A stretch of DNA of 64,000 nucleotides from contig JAFSOR010000009.1 in assembly GCA_017446885.1 (NCBI GenBank), forward strand, positions 102,159 through 166,158, in the 5' to 3' direction. The translations under genes and the position numbers were made by a program. Below the pieces are notes generated by a model. It did not search any database. It saw only the letters and a list, made by a program, of their open reading frames with translations, and was not told where the DNA came from. Source of the DNA: Spirochaetia bacterium (lineage in GTDB: Bacteria > Spirochaetota > Spirochaetia > CADAEX01). Below are positions 10,315 to 19,984 of the stretch, in pieces; positions within the stretch are counted from its first letter, which is position 1; every line of letters starts with the position of its first letter.

Positions 10315-12275
10315 AGGCTTTCCAGGTCTTTTCTTATTCTTTTTACCAGCTCTATATCCTCAAAAATATCGGCCAGACGGAAGTTCATAAACCCAGACTG
10401 CTCCACCCCGGCTATATCCCCGGGGCCGCGCAGCTTAAGGTCCCGCTCTGCAATCTCGAAGCCGTCGTTGGTCTCTTTCATAATGCGCAGGCGCTCCTTG
10501 GCATGGTCGGTAAGCTCGTTTGAGAACACCAGGAATGTATATGCCTGAAGCTCGGAGCGTCCCACGCGGCCCCGCAGCTGGTGCAGAGAGGAAAGGCCAA
10601 ACCGTTCGGCGTGCTCAATAACCATGCAGGTTGCAGTCTTTACATCAACTCCTACCTCCACAACGCTGGTGGCTATAAGAATCTGTATCCTGTTTGCGGC
10701 AAAGTCGCTCATTATCTGCTCTTTATCCTCCTCTTTCATCTTTGAGTGGATAAGGGCACATTTATATTCTGGAAAGACCTCTTTGCTAAGCTTTTCGTGC
10801 ATCTGGCTTGCATTCTTAAGATTCATCTTCTCAGATTCATCTATAAGAGGGTAGACAAAATAGGCCTGATGCCCCATTGCAAGCTCCTTGCGGACCCATG
10901 TGTAGATTTTTTCCTCGTTTCCTTCCTTTACAGTATAGGTTATTACAGGCTTTCTTCCAGGGGGCATGGTGCGCACAGTAGAAATCTTAAGCTCGCCGAA
11001 AAATGCCATTTCCAAAGAGCGTGGAATAGGGGTGGCAGACATCATTATATAATCTATCTGACGCCCTTTCTCCAATAGGGCAGACCGCTGTATTACGCCG
11101 AAACGCTGCTGCTCATCTATAATGGCAAACTCAAGGTCCTTGAACACCACATTGCTTGAAAGTACTGCGTGGGTGCCTATCAAAAGGTCAATCTCTCCTT
11201 TGGCCAGCGCAGAAAGCAGCAGCTCCCGCTTCTTGCCTGTAAGCTTGCCCGAAAGGAATGCCAGCCGCACACCGGTTCCTTCGAATATGCGCGATGCTGT
11301 CTTTACATGCTGCTCTGCAAGAAGCTCGGTAGGGGCTATGAATGCAGTCTGCATTCCTGCTTCAATATAGGGCAGTGCTGCAAGGAAACCTATCAAAGTC
11401 TTTCCACAGCCTACATCGCCCTGGATAATCCGTGATATGCTCTCGTCAAGGTTTGAATCGGCATAGATCTGGTCTATGACTGATATCTGATCGGCTGTAA
11501 GCTGGAAAGGGAGGCTTGATGCCACTTCGCGCTGCAGATTTCGAGGCAGTTTGACAGTGCGTTTTTTAATCACTTTGCGCTTTTTGACTGCATCTTTTAT
11601 ATTCTGCTCAAAAAGGAGTATCTCTTCATACTTCAATGTGCGTATTGCATCCTCAAGCTTTTCCCTGCTCTCCGGAAAGTGGATGTTCCTTATGGCATCC
11701 CGTCTCTCCATAAGGCCGTTAAGCTGCCTTAGCTTCTCTGGAATTATATTCTCTTCATACTGTCCCTGCAGCGTGTATGCCTGCATTACGCTTTTGCGCA
11801 GGAAGTTCTGGGTAAGTTTCCCCGAAAGGGGATATATAGGCAGTATTTTGCCGAAAAACTGCGGATGTTCTGAATAGAGCTCGTAGTCGAAGTTTGAGCT
11901 CTGCAGCTCGCCGAACCTCACCTGGAAAACGCCAGATAGGAATATCTTTCTGCCCACCTTGAGTGTGTTTGCCAAAAAATTGCGGCCAAAGCATATAAGG
12001 GAGGCAAATCCAGTGCCATCATCTACAGTTATTTTAAGGGTTTGCTTGAAAGTCTGCCCAAAGTATTCATGGCCTGTGACAGTGCAAATTGTGTTTATCT
12101 TTATCTGCTGGGCCCCGAATGTGAATCCATCCTTGAACCGAATCAAGGTGTCGCGGAATTCATAATCCCTGGGAAAATACCCCATAAGGTCATCCAAAGT
12201 GGCTATTCCAGCCCCTTTAAGCTCCTTGAGCGAAGCCTGTCCGACACCTTTTAAAGACTCAAGTGTAGCCATCAC
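10311..12275 (-). CDS. recG: ATP-dependent DNA helicase RecG
   Basis: 654 aa; wedge domain plus helicase motifs (GDVGCGKT, DEQQRFG, HQLRGRVGR). Confidence 0.9.
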   Translation of the reverse strand: MMATLESLKGVGQASLKELKGAGIATLDDLMGYFPRDYEFRDTLIRFKDGFTFGAQQIKINTICTVTGHEYFGQTFKQTLKITVDDGTGFASLICFGRNFLANTLKVGRKIFLSGVFQVRFGELQSSNFDYELYSEHPQFFGKILPIYPLSGKLTQNFLRKSVMQAYTLQGQYEENIIPEKLRQLNGLMERRDAIRNIHFPESREKLEDAIRTLKYEEILLFEQNIKDAVKKRKVIKKRTVKLPRNLQREVASSLPFQLTADQISVIDQIYADSNLDESISRIIQGDVGCGKTLIGFLAALPYIEAGMQTAFIAPTELLAEQHVKTASRIFEGTGVRLAFLSGKLTGKKRELLLSALAKGEIDLLIGTHAVLSSNVVFKDLEFAIIDEQQRFGVIQRSALLEKGRQIDYIMMSATPIPRSLEMAFFGELKISTVRTMPPGRKPVITYTVKEGNEEKIYTWVRKELAMGHQAYFVYPLIDESEKMNLKNASQMHEKLSKEVFPEYKCALIHSKMKEEDKEQIMSDFAANRIQILIATSVVEVGVDVKTATCMVIEHAERFGLSSLHQLRGRVGRSELQAYTFLVFSNELTDHAKERLRIMKETNDGFEIAERDLKLRGPGDIAGVEQSGFMNFRLADIFEDIELVKRIRKDLESL

Positions 12276-12850
12276 AATCCTAACAGAAAGCCAGTCAGAT
12301 ATGTAATGCAGAAGCTGCCCACAGTAAGTATGACAGCAACCACAATTATCGATATTATAAGATTAAGCTGATAGCTGGATGACTCATTCTTTATAAAAAC
12401 CGATGCAATGCGGCTTGAAAGTGGTATAAAGAAGGCATCGCACATATTGGCGAACGAGTTCATCTTGTTGGTTGTAAACATAAGGAAAAGATACCGAACC
12501 ACAGCTACTATGAGCACAGCTAAAAGCAGAGTCATTATAACATTCCAGACCGAGGAGATAATTATTGCTATTACGGCCCAGATTGTTATGGTGCCAAGCT
12601 CCCGTATCCTTCCAAGTATCTGGTTTATGATTGATAGAACCATCACGGCCAGAAGGGGAGAGATATCGATGTACCCTATGTGAGAGATCCGCAGTTTTCT
12701 GAAAAAGTTAAGGAAAGGGTCTGTGACCTGGAAAATCATCCTGCTTCCTCTGCCGTTTGAGTTGGGATAAAGCCATTTAAGGATAATATTCACAACAATA
12801 AGCATAGTGTAGAGCGAGAAGATAAATGCAAGCATTTCTAAGAACTTCAA
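12272..12850 (-). CDS. YggT-family small membrane protein
   Basis: 192 aa, 4-5 TM segments, internal duplication typical of YggT. Confidence 0.45.
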   Translation of the reverse strand: MKFLEMLAFIFSLYTMLIVVNIILKWLYPNSNGRGSRMIFQVTDPFLNFFRKLRISHIGYIDISPLLAVMVLSIINQILGRIRELGTITIWAVIAIIISSVWNVIMTLLLAVLIVAVVRYLFLMFTTNKMNSFANMCDAFFIPLSSRIASVFIKNESSSYQLNLIISIIVVAVILTVGSFCITYLTGFLLGL

Positions 12851-12863
12851 CTGAAAACCTCCC

Positions 12864-15800
12864 TTATTCTGTCCAGAATTCTGTTATAAACTGCCTGAGC
12901 TCCGAATCCTGGGGTATATCAAAATCGCTTTTTACCTTTATCTGGTGGTTCACCAGTATCACAGTCTCATTCCCGGCATCGTTTATATGTAAAAATACCG
13001 AGCAGCCACCCTCGTGGTCAAGCATATATTCCCTAAGTTTCTCAAGCTGCTGCTCTGTAAAGGGCTCGTCAAGCCTTATATGAACCTGGTTTGCACCGTG
13101 GTGCTTCTTGTCAAGAGTTTCTATCTCTTCCACAGAATCGCACCTGAGCTGTGGAGAATCGGGATTCCTCAGGTCTATCTGCCCTATGAAAGCCAGAGCC
13201 TTGTCCTCGGCTATTATAGGCTGGAATTCCTTCCAGGCATTCTTGAAAAGGACTATGCTGAGGTCGCCGTCAAAGGTCTCTATAGTTACCACACCCATGT
13301 TTGAATTGCTCTTTGTAATAATGCTGCGTACATTCTTTACAAGACCTATTATGATATATTTTCTTCCTGGTGTGGCATGCTTGAGGTCATTCATGGGCAG
13401 GCTTACATGTTTCTGGTAAGCTTTTTTATACTTATCAAGTGGATGCCCCGACACATAGAAGCCAAGCCGCTCCTTCTCAAAAGCCAGCTTCTCTTTTATA
13501 TCCCAGTCGGGAACTTCCTCCATGGCCAGAGGCTGCATAGCCACATCGTCATCGCCGAACAGGGATATCATTCCCATCTTCTCTTTCTCCTGCTCGGCCG
13601 AGTAGTAGTCTATAAGGCGTTCTGCATTGTAGGCAAGCTTGGCCCTGTTTTTCTCAAGCTCATCAAAAACACCTGCCTTGATAAGAGAGTCTATGACCCG
13701 CTTGTTCAGAACCCTTAGGTCTATCCGCTTAAGGAAATCGTCAAAGCTCTTGAAACTGCCACCTTCCTTCCTTGCCCTGACTATCTCGTCCACCACAGCG
13801 TCGCCGGTATCCTTTATTCCCTGTATGCCATAGACAATCTTCCCCTGGTCGACTGTAAAGAACTTCTCCGACACATTGATGGTAGGTGGCAGCACCTTGA
13901 GCTTCATGGCCTTGGTCTCTGCCAGATACTTTTTGAAGTTATCGGGGTTTCCTATCTCGTTGGTCAGGTTGGCTGCCATGAACTCGGCAGGGTAGTGACA
14001 CTTAAGGTATGCTGTCCTGTATGCCACCACAGAATAGGCGGCCGCATGGCTTTTGTTGAAGCCGTACCGGGAGAATGGTTTCAGATGTTCAAATATTTCA
14101 TTTGCAATCTGTTCAGAATATCCCCTCCGCTTTGCTCCTTCTACGAATTCCTTCTGCTGGGCCAGAAGCTTGTCCTCCTTCTTCTTGGACATGTTGCGCC
14201 GCAGGATGTCGGCGTTGCCCAGAGAAAAGTCGCCTATTACCTGGGCGACCTTCATCACCTGCTCCTGGTAGACGATTACACCGTATGTGTTCTTGAGCAC
14301 CGGCTCCAGGTCCGGGTGAGGATAATGTATAGGCTCTTTGCCATTCTTGCAGTTGCAGAACTGGGGGATATAATCCATAGGACCTGGCCGGAACAGGGCG
14401 TTCAAGGCTATCAGGTCTTCTATACAGGTCGGCTTTGCATCCCGCAGGACTTTCTGCATGCCAGGACTTTCAAACTGGAACACAGCTGAACTCTTTCCTG
14501 CACTCAGCATCTGGTAGGTTTTTTTATCGTCCATAGGGATGTTGCTGGAATCAAAGTCGACTCCACGCTTGCGTATAAGCTCCTCGGTATGCTTGATCAC
14601 ATCAAGGGTCTTGAGCCCCAGGAAGTCCATCTTGACCAGGCCGCAGTTCTCTATCTTGTCCATGGTGTACTGGGTGGCTACGCTGTTTGCCTTGTCATCC
14701 TTGGTCCCCTTGAACAGCGGCACATACTCGGAAAGCTCTTTCTCGCCTATGACTATGCCGGCAGCATGGAGAGATGCATGGCGGGCCATGTTCTCAAGGT
14801 ATTTGGATTCCTTGAATAGGCGCTCATAGACGCCCCCTTTCTCCTTTATGGCGATAAGCTCCGGGATTCCCACCAGTTCAGGCACTTTGCAGAGCTCTGG
14901 ATCCTGCTTGAACTTTTCCACTTCCCCCAGCATTGTGGCAAGAGAGGCCTTTTTATGTGGCATGTCAGGGATAAGCTTCGCAATATCATTTGCCTCGGCA
15001 AAGGGAATCTCAAGCACCCGGGCCACATCCTTGATGACAGCCTTGGCCTTGAGGGTACCGAATGTTATTATCTGGCCGACTTTCTCGGCACCATATTTTC
15101 TGGTGACATAGTCAATAACCTGCTGCCGCCCCTCGTTGGCAAAGTCGACATCAAAGTCGGGCAGGGAGACACGTTCGGAGTTCAGGAACCGCTCGAACAA
15201 AAGGTCATACTTAAGAGGGTCTATGTCGGTTATCTTGAGGCAGTATGCCACAATTGAGCCGGCACCCGAACCACGCCCGGGTCCCACCGGAATGCCGTGG
15301 TCCTTAGACCAGTTGATGAAGTCTGCCACAATAAGGAAATAGCCCGGAAATTCCATTCCTATGATTGTATTCAGCTCGTATTCCACCCGCTGCTTTATCT
15401 CATCGGTAATAACTGGATACCGCTTCTTAAGCCCCTCATATGTCAGGTGCCGCAGGTAGTCGCCCTGGGTGGGGAACTCAGGCGGAATCTCGAAGATAGG
15501 GAACTTCGGCCCCGGGAACTCTATCTCCAGGTTGCACATCTCCTCGATAAGCTTTGTGTTCTTTATGGCCTCGGGCACGTTCGGGAACAGCGCCGCCATC
15601 TCGTCCGGGCTCTTCATATAGAACTGGTCGTTGTAGAATGTCAGGCGGCCGGGTGAGTTTATAGTCTTCTGGGTGCCTATGCAGATTAAGAGCTCCTGGG
15701 CTGTGGAGTGCTCCCTGTTCAGGTAGTGGATATCGTTGGTGGCAATAAGTGGAATGCCTGTCTTTTTTGAAATCTCTATGAGCCCGTGGTTCGATATCTT

Positions 15801-16352
15801 TTCCTCGGGGATTCCGTGGTCCTGCAGCTCAAGGAAGTAGTTGCCCCTGCCGAATATGTCATTGAACCTCATGGCCATGGCTGCTGCCTCATCCAGCTTG
15901 CCGTTTATTATAAGCTTGGGGACAACCCCGGCTATGCAGGCGCTTGAGCACACAAGCCCCTCGTGATACTGCTCCAGCACCTCGAAGTCGATCCTTGGTT
16001 TGTAGTAATAACCGTCGATATATGCGGTGGAGTTAAGCTTCATCAGGTTCCGGTAGCCGGTGTTGTCCTTCGCCAGCAGGATAAGGTGGTAGTACTTGTT
16101 TCCGAACTCGGTGCCTGTCTTTATCTTGCGTGAGTCCTCTGCCATGTAGAACTCGCACCCTACGATGGGCTTTATTTCGTTCTTACGGCACTTCTCGTAG
16201 AAGTTCAGGGCTCCGAACATGTTGCCGTGGTCTGTTATGGCTATGGAAGACATGCCCAGGCTCTTGGCCTTGGCCACCATGTCGTCTATCTTCATTGCTC
16301 CGTCTAAGAGCGAGTAGTCTGTATGGTTATGTAAATGGACAAATTCAGTCAT
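12864..16352 (-). CDS. dnaE: DNA polymerase III alpha subunit
   Basis: 1162 aa; N-terminal PHP domain HLHNHTDYSLLDG; polymerase core motifs. Confidence 0.95.
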   Translation of the reverse strand: MTEFVHLHNHTDYSLLDGAMKIDDMVAKAKSLGMSSIAITDHGNMFGALNFYEKCRKNEIKPIVGCEFYMAEDSRKIKTGTEFGNKYYHLILLAKDNTGYRNLMKLNSTAYIDGYYYKPRIDFEVLEQYHEGLVCSSACIAGVVPKLIINGKLDEAAAMAMRFNDIFGRGNYFLELQDHGIPEEKISNHGLIEISKKTGIPLIATNDIHYLNREHSTAQELLICIGTQKTINSPGRLTFYNDQFYMKSPDEMAALFPNVPEAIKNTKLIEEMCNLEIEFPGPKFPIFEIPPEFPTQGDYLRHLTYEGLKKRYPVITDEIKQRVEYELNTIIGMEFPGYFLIVADFINWSKDHGIPVGPGRGSGAGSIVAYCLKITDIDPLKYDLLFERFLNSERVSLPDFDVDFANEGRQQVIDYVTRKYGAEKVGQIITFGTLKAKAVIKDVARVLEIPFAEANDIAKLIPDMPHKKASLATMLGEVEKFKQDPELCKVPELVGIPELIAIKEKGGVYERLFKESKYLENMARHASLHAAGIVIGEKELSEYVPLFKGTKDDKANSVATQYTMDKIENCGLVKMDFLGLKTLDVIKHTEELIRKRGVDFDSSNIPMDDKKTYQMLSAGKSSAVFQFESPGMQKVLRDAKPTCIEDLIALNALFRPGPMDYIPQFCNCKNGKEPIHYPHPDLEPVLKNTYGVIVYQEQVMKVAQVIGDFSLGNADILRRNMSKKKEDKLLAQQKEFVEGAKRRGYSEQIANEIFEHLKPFSRYGFNKSHAAAYSVVAYRTAYLKCHYPAEFMAANLTNEIGNPDNFKKYLAETKAMKLKVLPPTINVSEKFFTVDQGKIVYGIQGIKDTGDAVVDEIVRARKEGGSFKSFDDFLKRIDLRVLNKRVIDSLIKAGVFDELEKNRAKLAYNAERLIDYYSAEQEKEKMGMISLFGDDDVAMQPLAMEEVPDWDIKEKLAFEKERLGFYVSGHPLDKYKKAYQKHVSLPMNDLKHATPGRKYIIIGLVKNVRSIITKSNSNMGVVTIETFDGDLSIVLFKNAWKEFQPIIAEDKALAFIGQIDLRNPDSPQLRCDSVEEIETLDKKHHGANQVHIRLDEPFTEQQLEKLREYMLDHEGGCSVFLHINDAGNETVILVNHQIKVKSDFDIPQDSELRQFITEFWTE

Positions 16353-16408
16353 GCATATAGTATATCACAAAGATTGAAATTTTTAAAGATTCTATATATT
16401 ATATTGTT

Positions 16409-17608
16409 ATGGATAGATTTGAATTCAGCCGATTCTATCAGTTAATCCCTGCCCAGAAGTATTATGCCTGGGGTTCAGAGACCAAGATACAGGCTCTTAC
16501 CGGGCTTAAGACCAATGGAAAACCGCTTGCCGAGATATGGATGGGAAGCCATCCCAATGGTATGTCCTTTCTCGATATAGAAGGCAAGAGTATTCCAGTA
16601 TCCGACTTTATAGCAGAAAATCCCGAAAAAGCCCTTGGTAAAGAGTGCATGGAAAAGTTCGGCTTTCTGCCGTTTTTGTTCAAGGTGCTGGCTGCCGAAA
16701 AGCCTCTTTCTATCCAGGCACACCCCGATTCCGAGACAGCACAGTTCGGCTATGAGAGGGAAGAACGCAACCAGATTCCCATGGATCATTTTACACGAGT
16801 CTATAAAGACCCGAACCATAAAAGGGAAATGATTTATGCAATTTCTACATTCTATGCTTTAAAAGGTTTTAGAAATATAGAAGAAATTAAAGCCAACTTT
16901 AAAAATTTCTTTCCTTTCAGCGGCAATGCATTTGTCGATTTCCGATATTCTGGCGAGGCTGATTTCTACAAAAAGTTCTTTACAAGGCTTCTTTCCATGG
17001 ATCAGACCCTGCGCAAAGCCATGCTCCGCGAGCTTGAGACCACTGCGTCGGGCATGGGCCAGGTTGAGCAGTTTATTTTCCGTAAACTTCTGTATGATTT
17101 CCCCGAGGACAGGTGTGTGTTTTCTCCACTCTTCCTCAACTGCATAAGGCTTGAGCCCGGCGAATGCATGTCGATAGACGAGGGGCAGCTCCATTCCTAT
17201 GTGGATGGCCTCTGTTTCGAGGTCATGTCTTCATCTGACAATACAATACGGGGCGGGCTTACCGAAAAGTTCATAGATGTTCTTGAGCTTTTCAATATAA
17301 TGAAGTTTGTCCATGGCTCCAAGGTGTGTGTCGAGCCTGTTGCAAAGGGGAAAGAAGAGCTTTATTGCCCGGGCTGGGATGAGTTCTGTTTCTCTGCTGT
17401 CGCCACCGGTGGAATGCCGTACTCAGGTCCAGGTGAGCACAGCCTTGAGATACTTTTTGTCTATTCCGGCACAGGAAAGATAGAAAACAACAGCTATAGC
17501 TTCGATTTAATGCAGGGAATGGCTATCCTTATTCCAGCTGCTGCAGGTTCTTATACAGTATCGGGCAGCCCGGATCTGGTGTTCTACAAGGCGGCAATGC
17601 CGTTATGA
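16409..17608 (+). CDS. manA: mannose-6-phosphate isomerase, class I
   Basis: 399 aa; EIWMGSHPNG and QAHPD motifs of type I PMI. Confidence 0.8.
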   Translation: MDRFEFSRFYQLIPAQKYYAWGSETKIQALTGLKTNGKPLAEIWMGSHPNGMSFLDIEGKSIPVSDFIAENPEKALGKECMEKFGFLPFLFKVLAAEKPLSIQAHPDSETAQFGYEREERNQIPMDHFTRVYKDPNHKREMIYAISTFYALKGFRNIEEIKANFKNFFPFSGNAFVDFRYSGEADFYKKFFTRLLSMDQTLRKAMLRELETTASGMGQVEQFIFRKLLYDFPEDRCVFSPLFLNCIRLEPGECMSIDEGQLHSYVDGLCFEVMSSSDNTIRGGLTEKFIDVLELFNIMKFVHGSKVCVEPVAKGKEELYCPGWDEFCFSAVATGGMPYSGPGEHSLEILFVYSGTGKIENNSYSFDLMQGMAILIPAAAGSYTVSGSPDLVFYKAAMPL

Positions 17609-18072
17609 GGATATTTGTGGACTCTGATTCCTGTCCTTCACAGGTACGGGAAATAATAGTAAAGGCAGCAGAACGTACTAAAAGCCTCTCTTTTTTTGTG
17701 GCAAACCATAAAATTCCGCATGGTACAAATGCCTATACCCATGATATAATAGTAGAAGAGGGAAAGGACAAGGCCGACAACTACATAGCAGAGCATGCCA
17801 CAGAGCATGATATTGCTGTTACCCGCGACATACTGCTTGCCGAGCGCCTGGTGCAGAAAAATGTGGCAGTTGTAAACGACCGTGGAAACCTTTATACTGC
17901 CGAGAATATCAGGGAGCGGGTCTCTATAAGGAACTACATGCTTGAGCTTGCGCAGAACGGCCTTAAGACCGAGGAGTCCGGCACTTTCGGCAAGAAGGAG
18001 CTGTACCTTTTTGCCAATGCCTTTGATTCCTTGATTACCCGTAAGCTGAAAGGAGAAAAAGATGAAAGTTAG
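17605..18072 (+). CDS. YaiI/YqgE-like DUF188 family protein
   Basis: 155 aa; N-terminal MRIFVDSDSCP motif characteristic of UPF0178. Confidence 0.65.
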   Translation: MRIFVDSDSCPSQVREIIVKAAERTKSLSFFVANHKIPHGTNAYTHDIIVEEGKDKADNYIAEHATEHDIAVTRDILLAERLVQKNVAVVNDRGNLYTAENIRERVSIRNYMLELAQNGLKTEESGTFGKKELYLFANAFDSLITRKLKGEKDES

Positions 18073-18991
18073 ACATATTATTTTAGTTTTGTTTGCAATA
18101 GCTCTTTTTTCCTCCTGTTCGGTCAAGAAGATGGCAGTAAACTCCATGGCCAAGAATATGTCTGGCGATGCCACGGCAGTGTTCATGGAGGATAACGATC
18201 CAGAACTGGTTGGCGATGCTTTCCCTGTAATACTCAAGATGATGGATATGCTGGCTGCAACATCGCCTGACAACAGCACTCTTAAATCGACAGCCGGCAG
18301 CCTGTATGTGATGTATGCCAACGTCTACCTGCAGGGCAAAGGCTCTATGCTTCCATACGAAGAATGGGAGACCCAGAAAGAGCTTTACGACAGAGCTAAA
18401 AAACATTACAGGCGTGGTTACGATTATATTATAAAGGCACTTGAGCTTAAGCATAAAGGGTTTTATGCCGCCTTTGCCGCATCTGACTACGATGCAGCTT
18501 TTGCAGGCTTTAAGAAAGAGGATGCAGCAGACCTTTACTGGGGCGGGGCCGCAATTCTGGCAGGTGTCTCTGTAGATATTCTGGATCCCGACTTTGCAGC
18601 CGACCGCGATGGCGCCATAAAGATGCTGTTCAAGGCTCTGGAGTTTGACCCAGACTTTGGCAATGGCATGCTTGATGAGATAATGATGCAGTATTATGCA
18701 TCGCTTCCCGAGGGGATGGGCGGAAGCATGGAGAAAGCACTTTACCATTATAAGCACGGCGTAGAGCTTTCCAAAGACAGCATGGTGTCGATTCATGTAT
18801 CATATGCCAGCACAATCTGCACCAAGAATCAGAGCCAGGAAGGCTACGACGAGTTCACAGCTGTGCTTGAGGATGTGCTTGGGCGCGATGTGGAAAGTGT
18901 GCCGGAGAACCGGCTTGCCAATATAATAAGTCAGCGGAAGGCTATGTGGCTTTTAGAGAACCGGGATGATTATTTTTTGTTTGGATTTTAA
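18062..18991 (+). CDS. TRAP-transporter-associated TPR-like lipoprotein (TatT-like)
   Basis: lipoprotein signal (LFSSCS); helical/TPR-like; immediately upstream of TRAP DctP and DctQM genes. Confidence 0.6.
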   Translation: MKVRHIILVLFAIALFSSCSVKKMAVNSMAKNMSGDATAVFMEDNDPELVGDAFPVILKMMDMLAATSPDNSTLKSTAGSLYVMYANVYLQGKGSMLPYEEWETQKELYDRAKKHYRRGYDYIIKALELKHKGFYAAFAASDYDAAFAGFKKEDAADLYWGGAAILAGVSVDILDPDFAADRDGAIKMLFKALEFDPDFGNGMLDEIMMQYYASLPEGMGGSMEKALYHYKHGVELSKDSMVSIHVSYASTICTKNQSQEGYDEFTAVLEDVLGRDVESVPENRLANIISQRKAMWLLENRDDYFLFGF

Positions 18992-19000
18992 GGTGACTGT

Positions 19001-19984
19001 ATGAAAAAGTTTTTTATCTTTGTTTTTATGTTCTGTACACTTATTTCTTCCTTTGCAGGAACAGTAATAAAGCTGGGCACCATAGCCCCTGCCGGCTCCC
19101 TGTGGGATATAAAGCTGCGCGAGATGGCCTCGGAATGGAACCGGATAACTGGAGGCGAGGTACAGCTTAAGCTTTATATGGGCGGCACAGTAGGGGACGA
19201 GGACAATATGATCCGTGCCATGAAGGTGGGCGGCCTTAATGCCTGCGCCATAACTGCCCAGGGTATGAAGGAGATTGCATCCGATACATTTGCCTTGTGC
19301 CTGCCATATATTGTCAAGGATGACGATGAGTTTGATTATGTCTTTGAAAATGTTAAGGGTGATTTTGAGCTTGCTTTTGAGAAACAGGGCTTTGTTACCC
19401 TGGGTTGGGCCATGACAGGCTGGGTTAACTTTTTCTCAAGGGATCCTGTAGTCAGCCCCGATGACCTAAGGAAGGAAAAAATCGCCATAGATACAGACAG
19501 CAGGCTAAGCAAAATATGGACCGAGCTTGGTTTCCGTGCTATACCGCTCTCTTTCAACGACCTGGTGGCATCGCTTTACAGCGGTATGGTGGATTCTATT
19601 TATGTCACACCCCTTGCTGCATCGGCCATGGGCATGAACAAGATAGCACCCAATATGTGCGACTACAGGATTGCACCTGTCTACTGTGCTGTGATTGTGG
19701 ATAAAAGAGCCTGGAACCGTGTTCCTGCCAAGTATAAGGAACCTCTTAAGCAGCGTACTGCCGAGATTGCGGGGGAGTTCTACGAAATAATAAAGGTGGA
19801 CGAGGCAAAGGCTATAGAGGTTATGAAGAAGAACGGCCTTCAGGTCCACGAGGTGTCTGACCAGGTTGCCCAGGAATGGCTTAAACTTAGCCGCGACGGC
19901 AGCGACGCCTTTTCCAGGGAGCTTATCTCCAAGGAAATATATGATAAGATAATTGCAATTGTAGATGAGTACAGAAAGAAATAA
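19001..19984 (+). CDS. dctP: TRAP transporter substrate-binding protein (DctP family)
   Basis: 327 aa with signal peptide; DctP-like fold motifs. Confidence 0.8.
   Translation: MKKFFIFVFMFCTLISSFAGTVIKLGTIAPAGSLWDIKLREMASEWNRITGGEVQLKLYMGGTVGDEDNMIRAMKVGGLNACAITAQGMKEIASDTFALCLPYIVKDDDEFDYVFENVKGDFELAFEKQGFVTLGWAMTGWVNFFSRDPVVSPDDLRKEKIAIDTDSRLSKIWTELGFRAIPLSFNDLVASLYSGMVDSIYVTPLAASAMGMNKIAPNMCDYRIAPVYCAVIVDKRAWNRVPAKYKEPLKQRTAEIAGEFYEIIKVDEAKAIEVMKKNGLQVHEVSDQVAQEWLKLSRDGSDAFSRELISKEIYDKIIAIVDEYRKK

Noticed and set aside
13014-16360. Many plus-strand ORFs of 60-165 aa inside dnaE
   Set aside because: Shadow ORFs antisense to a well-supported 1162-aa gene.
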